DNA of 63,928 bases, filler included, from Calcarisporiella thermophila CBS 279.70 (Eukaryota; Fungi; Calcarisporiellomycota), in the NCBI RefSeq assembly GCF_041956535.1. It is 4 parts of 4 records of this genome, joined end to end, with 100 filler letters (N's around TTAATTAATTAA, not from the genome) between each part and the next. Parts side by side here need not be neighbours in the genome. Positions count along the whole stretch, not along the records: positions 50,188 to 62,477 come from NW_027192209.1; positions 62,578 to 63,928 come from NW_027192196.1; 2 more parts are not named here. One strand, given 5' to 3'. The notes beneath the pieces were generated by a model that saw only the letters and a list, made by a program, of their open reading frames with translations, did no database searches and was not told where the DNA came from. The translations under genes were made by a program, and so were the position numbers. How positions within the stretch are numbered: the stretch's first letter is position 1; the number at the start of each line of letters is the position of its first letter. Shown here piece by piece: positions 50,309-62,578 of the stretch.

Positions 50309-50692
50309 AACGATCCAAGTGGGAAGAGTTCACAAGGCTCCAACCTCTCAAACTGATTTTGTACGATCTCCAAATCACTTCATCTTTAGCACTTGCCACT
50401 AAAAAATTCATTAAGCAAATTTATTACCTATCGCTCACCCGTATTCTCCAAAATTATCATTGCATTGGGTGAGGTAGTGTTAAGACTGAAAAAATAATAA
50501 ATATCTCTGGAACTTCTCTCTATTTTTCGTACCCCTGTCTCTGTAAATAAATGGTGACTAATCGAAGTGATTTCAAAGTTAACTATTCCTAAACAGAGAT
50601 TTATTTTATGAAACCATACACTAACTACACATATCAATAATGAGTATTATTCCTAAGCGGGCTTGAAACCGGAGAGGGAGGTGTCAAACTCA

Positions 50693-51346
50693 TTAACATA
50701 ACCAGCCCATTCCGTAATAAGGTATCCCACAGTAAGGATCATACCCTTCCCATCCCCAGAACGGATTACAACCTCCATAGCCGCAAAAAGGAATATCACA
50801 ACCATATCCTCCGCACCCAGCATCTCGCTTCATAACTACAGTATTAACAGCTTCAGTGTTGAATGCATTGGCGTTGTTGCTAGCTGTCGTTGCTTCATTT
50901 GCGGCCACATTTGCGGCTAGATTTGCCTCATGGCAAAAGCGATTGTTCTGATTGGCCGCATTCAGTTGGAAAGCACTATGAAAGAAACCTGGAAATCCCC
51001 ACCCCCCTCCGCAATAATATGGAGACTCAATAAAGCTTCGACGCTTATGACCCACCACATTGACATTGGCTATATTGAAGGAATCACAGTGATCTTGGGC
51101 GTTGGTCGCCTCGTCAGCCTTAACACTGGCAGCGAGATTTGCCTTATGACTGAAGCAATCATCCACGTTGGCAGCATTGGCACAAAATTGATTGTAGGCA
51201 AAGAATGGAAAGCCTCCATAGCATGGGTATCCGCTGCCGATGGTACGCTTGTCAACCAAGCCCTTTGTTACAAGAGGAGCAGCCTTAGCGGGAGAAGTAG
51301 TGAGGGAGAGGAAGGAAATGAGGGCAAGGCCGATTAGAGTGCGCAT
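50693..51346 (-). CDS. secreted Kex2-processed repeat protein (two Asn/Ala-rich repeats plus a Gly/Tyr/Cys-rich tail)
   Basis: Signal peptide; KR, KRR and KR sites separate two homologous units (NAAN...H.ANLAA.V.A.EAT.A......FN...VN.V) and a GCGGYGC-type peptide. Confidence 0.85.
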   Translation of the reverse strand: MRTLIGLALISFLSLTTSPAKAAPLVTKGLVDKRTIGSGYPCYGGFPFFAYNQFCANAANVDDCFSHKANLAASVKADEATNAQDHCDSFNIANVNVVGHKRRSFIESPYYCGGGWGFPGFFHSAFQLNAANQNNRFCHEANLAANVAANEATTASNNANAFNTEAVNTVVMKRDAGCGGYGCDIPFCGYGGCNPFWGWEGYDPYCGIPYYGMGWLC

Positions 51347-52167
51347 TCTGCTCAAGTTCTTCTTTTTTATATGCTTTTCAAGATTGCTGTTAAAGTGTTG
51401 AGAGTATGGATTCGAGAAGAGGAAGATATGGTAACTTATATATCCATTTTGAATGCATCCTGTGCATATATCGATCCGACATCTTCTGATCCTGCTAAGT
51501 GATATATCAGACGCTTTGTCTCAAAAATCACCACCAGCCCTTAAGTAGTGATTTATCTGCAAGGCAAATATTAATTCAAGAATGAAACTTATAACAGCGT
51601 GGATGATAAATGTACGACATATTCTGGTAATTAATGCAAGAATACACCTTATCAATTATATTCTAATCAATAATTGATCTAACGTTATAATTAGATACGA
51701 GGGCAATCTTTCCAACTGATAAATTCAACTCTGTTGCCAAATTTGACATTTTTCGTCGACTCCAGAGAGCTTTACTACCTGCTTACACTACTACTTTCTC
51801 TCTACTTGCTACTTACTCTAAACTAAGTGCTGCAGAAGCAGAGTATCCGAGGCCAGACATGTCAACTTCTCTTTAATAATAACATTATTTTAGAGAAAAT
51901 ATTGAGCGCGCTATGTAAAACTAGAACTGATGTATATTAAAGATACTTTTTTTATTTCAAACAACTTCGATGAATTGCACCGGGCACAAAACCAAGTATT
52001 TATAGAAATGGTTGGCTATATATGGAGGACATAACTATACCGGTTATAGGATGGAGGTGTAGAAGTAGGGAAATATTTTTCACTGTTCAACCTTGCAATT
52101 TATTTTTAATTTTGGCATGCTTTATACATGAAAAACTTAGGACCTGAAATACAAATAAAAGCATACT

Positions 52168-53631
52168 TCATCTTGGATTTGTCGAACCTCTCGCCATTAT
52201 TTCTTTCAGCTTTTGTGTATCAATATCCATTGTTCTATATCCTAGTGCTACCAAGATGTCGCGTTCTTGTCCTCCCAACGGACTTCCCCCATAGGTTTGC
52301 ACTCTTTCTTCAAAGGTAATCCCACCGAATTCATCCGAGAAAGTGGCAACTTGATCAGGCTCGGGGGCGCTGGTCTTGTCCAAAAGACTCATGCTGGCCC
52401 CACGCATGAAGGGATTAAGGCCTGTCTCGAGGATATACACATCGCCCGACCCAGGTACTTGAAAGCCAATGGCTCCCTTGGTCGTTGCTCGCCGCATTAA
52501 ATCGCGCGCTACTTGGCCTTGGGATGTACTGTTCAAGTCTTTGGCATAATCGCCCATTTCTGACTCACTATATATTCGACTTGGAGCGAAGTCACGACTA
52601 AAGCCGGAAGCCAGCTCCGACATAGGACGCCGCTCTGGAAGCGTAATAAGAAACTTGTCAAAAACAGATTCGCTCATCCCTACTATAATACTCCTTCCGC
52701 TAGCTTGGGTATTTAACTCCAGTGTGGGGGTAAGAAGCGTGTTGGGCAAAAGATTATCGCTCCATGCAGAAAATTGACCCAATCCTATCACCAGTCCTCG
52801 GAAAATCTAGAATAATGACATGCTTGTAAGCGAGTGGCAAAAATACATAAAAGAGACCGATCCTTTTCTAATTACCGAAGACATTAAATCTACTTTTCCT
52901 TTTTTCTTCTTCTCTCCCAAAAATCGAAATTTATAATCGGAATTAAAGCGTATTATAATATCCGGTACCTCATCCATTTCTTTCATTGAAGAAGTTGCAT
53001 TTCCGGAACGATCCTCTTTGCCAGCAGCCATCTTCTGTTTTAACAGTGCGCGTGGGAACAATCGAAGCTGCCCATCATCATCGTACGATGGTACGAGGAT
53101 ACCCGGAGAAGAGATACTAGAGGGAAAATCTTCTCTGGATTTGACCTGGCGTTTTGGTTTACGGGTCTTTTTCGTCTCCCTTTCTGAATTGGATTTCTCG
53201 GAGCCGTCTTCACTCTCCATCTCGGCCTCGGAGGGATTCGACTGGGAAGTTGTATACTTCGAACGATTGCAATTCCCTTCGCAGAATGAGGTCATATCGA
53301 CTCTTACTGTTACTGGTGCCTGAAATTCAATCAAGTTCTCCAGCATTCTAGCCGCTATCTCCATATGTCTTTGAATTTTCGGGCATCTTGGGTCCCCCTC
53401 CGTGCAGACCAGCTGCATTTGCACCCTCTCTCTGCTTTCTACGGCTGAAGGAGAAGCATTTTGGAGAGTAGTCCCGGTAGCTCGTCGCCGAAGCTGGCGA
53501 AGATCAAAGGCATCGCAGGGGAAAGTTTGGCCATCATAAGGAAGAATACAACTTCGCTTGATATTGGAACAGGAGCTAAGCGACACAGGGACCAGCGTAA
53601 ATAATAGAAGAGCTATTCGTCTAGAGAGCAT
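52168..53631 (-). CDS. secreted zincin-metalloprotease-like protein with degenerate zinc ligands, 2 exons
   Basis: Signal peptide; LFPRALLKQ, DIIIRFNS and, after splicing, VDLMSSIFRGLVIGLGQFSAW, then LETGLNPF..GASMSLLD and ALGY. This layout matches a recalled family with HExxHGLGF and SSxSH. Confidence 0.7.
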
Positions 53632-56600
53632 GGGTATTATGGATAAAGCTATAAGGACATAAATAGATTAACTCAAGTAAATGATATGTGCTATTTGGAA
53701 AGAGAGTCCGGGGGGAGAGAGAGGATGGCGGAGAGGTAGGAGTGAGTATAGTTTAGTGCTTTTCTTGTGCTTGCCAAAGGTATATATACCTATTTATATG
53801 TATATATACCAAGCGTCCGCCTACCAAACTGACCTTGAAAACCCTTTTTTGAAATCAAAAAATCCTGCCGATATTTCTGGGAATTGAAGCACTGACCTCC
53901 TGAACCCAGAAAGCAAGCATTGAACTGTTGGTCCACATGAATTCTCCAAGACGAAAGAGGAAAATCCACTATGACTCTCTAGAACCCATTAAAAGCAATA
54001 AAATAGGCGCAGGATAACTCAAGGATGTCCCCCTCCCCCATTTTATGCAATCCAGGTCGGAAGCAAAAACAAGAGAATTTGTAAGGAAGCTGATAAATAC
54101 AGGGGATCTTTATTTACATTCCGCAGAGCTAAAGCTCAGGCACGTACTGCCACTCCACCTCACTCACGTTCTTTTCCATGTTCACTACTACCTCCTCTTC
54201 AGGGGCCAGGACGTGCACCTCACAGGGAGGATCGACGTCCAGCCGTAGGAAACATTCATTGATCATCTCGATTTGTGCTCTGAAAAGTTCTAAGACAGCG
54301 TTCGGCTGAAATTTTTTAAGCGCGTCTGTTGGTTTTTTCCTATTAGTAGATGTCTCTGGGATCAAAATGCTTCCTCGCGATCCTTACCATTCTTAACGCG
54401 TATCACGATGCACCCCGACTTGTCTCCAACCAAAAACTCGGCCACCGTGATCTCGGTACCTCCTTCTACTCAAAGATTTATTAATTTTGCGATCACCACT
54501 GTTACTTCTGTAATGTTAAGACACCTCTCAGTTTCCCGCGAATTAATTCTTGAATAACTCGGACCTTTAGGCTACATGTCCGAAGTCCTGGCCGTATGTC
54601 TGCAACATTCAATCGTGCTATGGTGTGGGAGGAAAAGGCTGTTAGCTTGGATAAGTCTACTCAGTAATGCACATCAAATCTCACTTGAGTTTATCATGAT
54701 TGTCTATAATCTTTTTCCATTTCCCCTAGAGAGGCACTTTGAAGATTTGGGTTTAATATTGAGCTTAGGTTAGGTTACATTAAATATTTTACGAGCTCAT
54801 CATTGGTGTAAAATGAAAAGATCCAGCCTCAATGGCTGGGAAATGAGAGAGGGTGGGGTTGACTGTGTCCGGTTTGGAATACGCGCGCTCAGATTCGACC
54901 TCCGGGTATTCTGGGGCGAAAAGCACTTATCAATTGTTGAGGAGGGAACGAAAATTTCAAGGACAGATAACCCATAAAAAAAGGCTGACTATATGAAGGA
55001 TTTAATTGAGGATGAAAATAGAAAACAATCGGAAATGCGCTACTCAATCTCCTGATTGACAAGCCCTTCGGAAGAGATTAATAGTCGCGCTGAATCAGCC
55101 AATTTTGGGGATTCCCCCATAACCTACTTGTTGTCCATGATTTGAAATTTTAGGGGGAGGCAATTGGCAGCCATTTCTGGATTCTGCTTAAATTCTCAAG
55201 GGAGATTCACAGTTACATGCCCGATCCCATAGTCGCATCGATCCAATAAGCCAAACACAGGAATAAGGGCGGACAATCTGGATGCAAAAATCAGGCTAAC
55301 AGGAAAAAAAAATAAGCTTACTAGTTTCCTGACACTATTAGGAAGAAGGATGAAGCAGGAGCCACATGCATGTCTAATTGATCCGAAAAGATAAATTATG
55401 CATCCAGCCCACTAAGCTGATTGCTGCCCATGCATAAGACGATGTCGCATGATTGAGCGGTAGAGGGTCCACCAGAGCCCATGCACTACGGCCCTGTCCT
55501 CTTTACAAGCTTTATTATCTCCTCCGCGCATAATGGCGAGCGCGTGCGCCTTCATGCCGATATCGCAACCCACGGAACGGAACGTCAGCCAAACCTTGGG
55601 CGTGTATCCGTGGCGATATCCGCTGCAGCTCAAGAACAGTAAAATCAAATCGCCTGCTCCTTATGCAACCCTCGGGTCAAACAGGGACATATCCAAAATC
55701 CAAAACTCTCCTTTGAGCCAATTTTGCGACCATTGCATTAAGCTCGGTGCCTATCCAAATTCTCCAGGGGAGGGTGCGAATAAAAGGGAGGAGGAGGGCT
55801 TGTTGGCACGGTGGCACCGCGTTCTGGTGCCCACTGCATGCGTAATCTGGCTCAAACCAGGTCTAGTTTGGTAAGTGTAGCTTGGAACATACTGAGAAGA
55901 AGAAGGCGCGGGGCGTGCAACCGCGATCGGAGCGTTTCTGAAATGCCCTCCACCTTGTACTAGCTACGCTTCTTGATCACTTTCACATTCTACTAAACTC
56001 TGCCGCAGAGCGGTTGGCTGGGAGATCTGTCCAAGCGAACCTTCCGCCTTAGGTTCTTAGCCGAACACCGTGTCCTCCTCTAACTCCAGGGTGAATGTAA
56101 ATGAGATAGGGAACCAGGCGCTGCCATGATTTCACATGAAAGCCATGGAGAAGACAGCAAGCTTTGGCCTTTTTGGTTAGAGTTGGAGCCCCATGCCGGG
56201 AGAGCAGGATTGCGACATCATTGCGGCGGAGGGAGCATTGTTGCCCGCTCGGCAGGGGGGCGGCCCCTCCCCGCCGGGCTCAAAGCGCATGGGATGCCCG
56301 TGCGCGGTGGGCCACGAATCGGTGCGGCAAGGGTTATCTAGAACGGGCCGCAGTGAGAACGAAGGTGAGCCGCATTCCCAAATCATCCCCAACGTGAATT
56401 AAGTTGGGGAATCAAGTCGATTTCAACGACAGATAAACCATAAATGTTAATTTTGGAGCACTCCTATTGGCTCCCGCGAATTTCTTGTTGGAGAGCTTTG
56501 GAGAAATCATATAAAAACGAGTCTTCGTATCTTTGCGAGTGTTTATTTATTTATTTATCTATCCTGTCTATCCTCGCCGAACCTCCTAGCACTTTCGCCT

Positions 56601-56742
56601 CTTCTCTCTCGGCGAACTATTCTTCTCTCCCATTTCCTCTCTTCCTTGCTCTTGTCTGGTTGAGCCATACTTCCTACAGAATATAGTGCCGCCTACCCCG
56701 ACCTCGCCGCTATCATATTGCCACACCTGTACACTAGCTTGA

Positions 56743-58172
56743 ATGTCGGTGACAACCACAACCACAGCGACCAATACGTCGCACGCTACGCGCAAACCGC
56801 AAAAGCAGGAGCCGCTCTTCGACAAGCCAATTACACTCAATAACTGGTACAAATATGTTAACTGGCTGCATTGCGTGATTCTCATTGGCACTCCTCTCGC
56901 CTCGCTCTATGGGGTGTTCACAACACAGCTCCATATGAAGACGCTGATATGGGCCGTGGTATACTACTTCTACACCGCACTTGGCATCACGGGAGGCTAT
57001 CACCGGCTATGGTCCCACCGAGCCTATAATGCACACCCACTACTCGAGATCTTCTATTGCCTGGGAGGTGCCGGGGCCGTTCAGGGCTCAATCCGGTGGT
57101 GGTCGCGTGGCCACCGTGCTCACCATCGTTACACCGATACGGACAAGGATCCTTACTCCGCGCACCGTGGCCTGCTCTGGTCACACATGGGATGGATGCT
57201 TCTCAAGCGCGGTAAGAGCATCAAAATCGGATATGCAGATGTTGCGGATCTTGATGCAAACCCGATCGTGCGCTTCCAGCATAAATACTACGGGCTCTTC
57301 GCAATTGGAATGGGCTACATCTTCCCCATGCTGGTAGCTGGACTCGGATGGGGAGACTGGCGTGGCGGATATTTCTATGCCGGAACGCTTCGTCTGTGTT
57401 TCGTGCACCATGCTACATTCTGCGTTAACAGCTTGGCCCATTATCTTGGCGAGGCAACATTCGATGACCGTCGATCACCCCGTGATCACTTCCTTACCGC
57501 ACTCGTGACGATGGGCGAGGGCTACCACAACTGTAAGTATTTACATTGTTCACTGTTGACTATGCATTCACAATTAATCATGACGATGTGCCTAATACCG
57601 TAGTCCATCACGAGTTTCCCAACGACTACCGCAATGCTATCCGATTTTATCAGTATGATCCCACAAAATGGTTCATTACTGTTTGCCACTTCTTGGGGCT
57701 GGCCTACAATCTCAAGAAATTCCCGGAAAATGAAGTGCAGAAAGGACGCATTAACATGTTGCAGAAGAAATTGGACATGAAGAAAGCCAAGCTCACTTGG
57801 GGTGTTCCATTGAGCACACTGCCCGTGATCACCTATGAAGAGTGTAAGTAGATCTGCGCTTTTTCAATTTCGGTGACTGTCTAAATCTCAATCCTTCTTG
57901 TCTCGATAGTCCAGCGAATGTGCGAGAAGGAGAATCGTGCTCTTATTGTTATTGAAGGTATTGTGCATGATGTTGCCGCGTTTATTGACGAACATCCGGG
58001 TGGCCGCTCCCTCATTCTCACCGGTATTGGCAAGGACATGACGACGGCATTCAATGGAGGCTCATACAACCACTCGAATGCGGCGAGAAATCTCATGTCG
58101 CATATGCGTGTCGCCATTATCCAAGGTGGAATGGAATTAGAGGCAAACAAAGCAGAAAAAGCTCACCACTAA
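56743..58172 (+). CDS. OLE1: delta-9 fatty acyl-CoA desaturase with C-terminal cytochrome b5, 3 exons
   Basis: His boxes HRLWSH, HRAHH and HNFHH; cytochrome b5 motif [13 protein letters not shown]...HSNAARNL. Confidence 0.96.
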
Positions 58173-58429
58173 AAAAAAACCCTTATTTCTCTCTGGCATT
58201 TTTCTTGTATGATTTTTTAGCTTATATATATATAAAACTATAGTCTGCTCTCCTTGTTTTACACATAAATACTCTCTTATATTCTACTTTCTGAATGTGT
58301 TGTCGAGGATGATACCTTTGTGCTAAAAATTTTCACCAAAAATATAGATCTTTTTTATTTTCAGGAGAAGGTAGATCCAAATGGGGTTATAGCCCATGGT
58401 GGGTAGAGGTATATAAAACAGATCTTCTA

Positions 58430-61400
58430 TTATCTAAAAAATTCGGCTTGGCGAGAGGCCCGCAATCGACTATGAAGGTCACTTCTCGATGGCAATGGGT
58501 CTTCGATCACCTCGGCCGTACTTGGGCAAGACGAACTTTGCTCAAGTCGAGGTGTGGTATCATAGTACTCTATGATAGCTTCGGTGACATCTAGCTGCCA
58601 TTTGGTTTTTCTCAACTGAGAGTTGGCAGAGTGCAAAAGTAGTAAGAGGTAAGCAAGCCGCCCGCACATGGTTTTCTAGGAGAAGGCTTACGTACCGATG
58701 GATTATGAATAAGTGTATAGGCAACAAACCACTTATTTCTTGCCCGTTTCCTTCGCAGTGTAACATCTCTCACGAGGTCTTTGTGGCCACTTTTGCCGTC
58801 TTCCACGGCAGTGGACGAGGTGAGTGAGGAGCGGTCCACCACTGTATTGGCTGAGGTGATTTGCAGGAGGATCCCAACAAACGTGAGAATGATGGGGTTG
58901 TTGATGTGGTGATCGTAGAGTAGCACACCGAGATACGCCAGGAAGCCACGATCTTGAGACCGTATATTCCATCGTTCTATCGTGCGGTCCGCGCGGATGG
59001 AGAAGAAAGCAATCCGAAAAGCCATCTAGCAGAAGAAATGAGTGAGGATTGTCAACCCCAGTGTCTATCTAGATCATATGGCATGTAAGGGCAAGTATAC
59101 CGTGGTCATCCGCAGGATATAGCTCGTTAGCCCAACGCTGAAATCGGCAAAGGTCATGAAATAGGCGTAGTGAAAAAACATGCGTCTCCTCTTGATCACG
59201 AATCTATTCTCATCCTCCGTAAATACTCGGCGGGTGATTAATTTTTGTGCGGACCAGAGAAACAGAGAAATGACCACACTCCAGAACACCGTGCCCTGTA
59301 GCACGTGTCGGACAAACGCTTCACGGAAGCGATTAACGTAGTAGATCGCGATGAAAAAAAGACCGATGAGGAACAGCTCGGAGATGAATAGAAAGCAACC
59401 AAATAACCCAAATCCGATTCCTTTCAAAAGCAAAATGCCTGGTGAGGAACGCTACGCATTAACAATGTGGATGGATATGTCAAATACCCGTCCCGATAAA
59501 CCGTATGTTATCGTCTAGCCTAATAATGTTCTGTTTCTTACGTCCCTTGACAAGATAATAGTCTCCCTTACGCAGCACAAGTATATCCTTCGTAAACCGC
59601 CTTAGAATTCCGGTAGAATAGATCATGCATGCTAATAACGAGGGTGATGAGATTTTAGTATTTTAGTCTTCTCCAACTTCAGTTGTAGATCTCGTCATTA
59701 CCGACACCGCCACCAATACACGAGATAAGCATATTAGCAACCAGCGACACATAAAGTTCCCTGGCTAGCTTCACAGGATCGGGGGATCGGTTGGACAGAG
59801 CAATCAGGCCAACCATGTTACAAGCGATCGAAGATCCGAGATTAAGAAATGCTTGGCGAATAAAGTAGAGGATGATTTGGTACATCATAATAAAATTCAT
59901 GATTAACATCACCATGATGGAGAATGGGATGCTGAGTGAAATGAAGGAAGAAGGGGTCAGCTCGTTTTGGATATGTATTACAAATGTTTCTGATTGCTTA
60001 CCGGATATCCTGCCGTATACCGAATATAGCATAGAACCGCTCATGCCAAGATCTGAATTCCCGTCGCCTTGTTCTTATCAATTTGCTCGTCTTCCAGCCC
60101 CAGCAAGTACTCACCAGCCATAAGCGCTCTTGCCAGCTCAGCGGGAAATCTCGGGCGTTCTCGTCACCATTGGCATTGTTTCTTTCAAAGAGCCGCTTCA
60201 CATAGAGTACCTCCATATCCGCCAACGCAAGCCATTGATCATGCTTGCTTGCAGAAGGCTTATCAACAATGCGACCCATAAAGTACACTGCCAGCACTAC
60301 TAGAGATAGGTAGCCCGGCATCTGAATAAGTATCGTGGCCCCAAACAACGAGTTTCTCACACCAATTACGCTAGGAATATGCTGCAACAACGCGTGGGCT
60401 AGTAGACTTAGACACGAAATAAGTCCTAACACACCTGCGAAACGGGTCGCATGTGCAAGTTGATAGCATAGGAAGACAGGATAAAACAACGCGCCATGAT
60501 ACATGAACACAATTGGAAGCCGCATGGACTCGAGCATTCGGGGGAAAATATTAGAGAGAATGGTTTTGCTGATTTGGCGGGTGATGATGGCCCAGGAGTC
60601 AAGAAAAAGGAATAGTGACACGGAGGAAAAGAGGGTGAGAAGGAAGCCGTAGTGGGGCTGGCGAGATGGAAGATCAATAGGCCTATATCGGAAAAAGATA
60701 ATTAGAGACAATGGGTGTAGTTTATAGGAAGAGGAGGAAAGCGGGTAATTACGCTGGAAACTTGATGCTCTTGCCAAACTTTTTTGTCCAAACGAAAAGG
60801 AATAGAGGGATGATAATAATAAAGGAAGTGACTATCCAAAAAGCAATATACTCGGCTAAAACATTGGTCAATTAAGATGAGAAATCACCAGGTGACTCTA
60901 TGTGGACAAGAATACGTACCGAAATTCAGTGTTTGAACGAGACTAGTCGTGCCAGCATCGAAATCCATGACCCCAAATATCTCATCAAAACCAATCACTC
61001 CTCCCGGTGCGCTCCACAAAATAAATTCAAGCTTTCGCGTTCCGCGGGGGATCAGGACATCCTTCCATGCATAGGATCCGCTGAATGCCTCAAGGTAACC
61101 GATAATGTCCAGATAAAAAAAGAGCTGGCTGTATGCACCTTGGATGTCAGAATGGTCACGACCGAGCTCAAGATTATTACCGGAATAGAAAATGGTCTCC
61201 AAGTAGAACACAGCGCTATGACCCGAGATGAAGTTCTCGTAGAAGGTTTGATAGGATATGTATACACTCATACTCTACGTGTGCAAAGTGTTAAACAGTA
61301 TCCTAGGGAGGAGGCAACCCTTAGCTTACCGCAACACCCTCGTCGACATACCAGGCGTCCTGCTGCGTGATCTCAATAGTCTGTAGCAATGGAATATATA

Positions 61401-61949
61401 CAACATCCCCGGTATGGTTCACGAAATCGTGATAGTCATATTTTGGCATGCATGCTGGCGGCCGTAGGATCCGCCCTGAAGAGAAATATAGACTGTGAAA
61501 CATTACTTTGGACCAGCTTCCAAGAATCGCAGAAGAACTTGCCTTTGGTTCCAGTATGGGTTCTTTGATAATATTCGGACATATTGTAGGTGACAACTTG
61601 CCACTGGTCTGCATATTTCCAAGTATTAGGAGCTAATAAGCACTCACCGTCTCGAAATATGTTATCTCGTCTGGGTAAATAATTTCAAACTTAAGCTCAG
61701 GATCAGCAGGTATCCATACTCTCACTTACGCATTCAGAACCATTTGACATTGTATTTCGAATTGTGCTTTCAATTAACATGTATGTGTTAATTCAGTGAA
61801 TTACATCCATTTACAGCACACTTACATGCAATTCCTAATTCCACTAGGTAGAAAAGTGTAATTATAAACGAAAAACGCAATACCACGGAGAGGCTCCATA
61901 TCTTTTTTACATGAACACGATTGAACCATCGTGATTGCCGCAATGACAT
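58430..61949 (-). CDS. STRA6-like (RBP receptor family) polytopic membrane protein with N-terminal extension, multi-exon; 5' end tentative
   Basis: Many TM segments. C-terminal FFHYAYFMTFADFSVGL...RADRT......QDRGFLAYLGVLLYDHHINNPIILTF and KRARNKWFVAYTLIHNPS|LRK resemble the STRA6 C-terminus (RARWGLAYTLLHNP, recalled). Confidence 0.75.
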
Positions 61950-62578
61950 TTCTGATCTAAAAGTTACAAATTACGAAAAAAAAAATATAGACTATATAAA
62001 TATATGAATAATGACAACAGCCAGAAAACCAAAGCTATAGGTAATTAAAAATCTTGGTTTAATTGATTTTGCCATAAATTCCTGTCGATCCTATTTTGTA
62101 AATTCCATGAATACTGTAAATTGCCGTTTATTCAATGAGAATTATGATTCACTCAACCATACTGCTTGAAAATTTCTTAACGTTTCCTTATGGTCCATAT
62201 CCCTCCCTTGCTACATTTCTTGGAAATAACATTAAAATTAACGAATGAAAAAGTAGGTATAGTATTTTTTTTTTTGAAATAGCTTTGTGTGCAAATTTTC
62301 TATAATAGTTAAACTCGCGATATATTTATTGCATATGTGTCTAATACTGTTATACTAATCAATCTTAATGTTATGTTAGAAAAAAGGAAAATAAAGATAA
62401 TGTATGATCGCTCATCGGGTATATATCGTTGATTAATAGAGTATTCTCTAAAGCAAAATGCTTAATAGTTGTTGAGGNNNNNNNNNNNNNNNNNNNNNNN
62501 NNNNNNNNNNNNNNNNNNNNNTTAATTAATTAANNNNNNNNNNNNNNNNNNNNNNNNNNNNNNNNNNNNNNNNNNNNT

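Noticed and set aside
50136-50472. ORF-track proteins MTTAATTTAAMM.. and ..SSRRCSNHH..
   Set aside because: Alternative frames of the 15-nt repeat; the synonymous-variation pattern favours the DDCC frame.
54000-56700. Short ORFs in the GC-richer region upstream of OLE1
   Set aside because: No motifs or consistent splice structure; most likely promoter or intergenic DNA.
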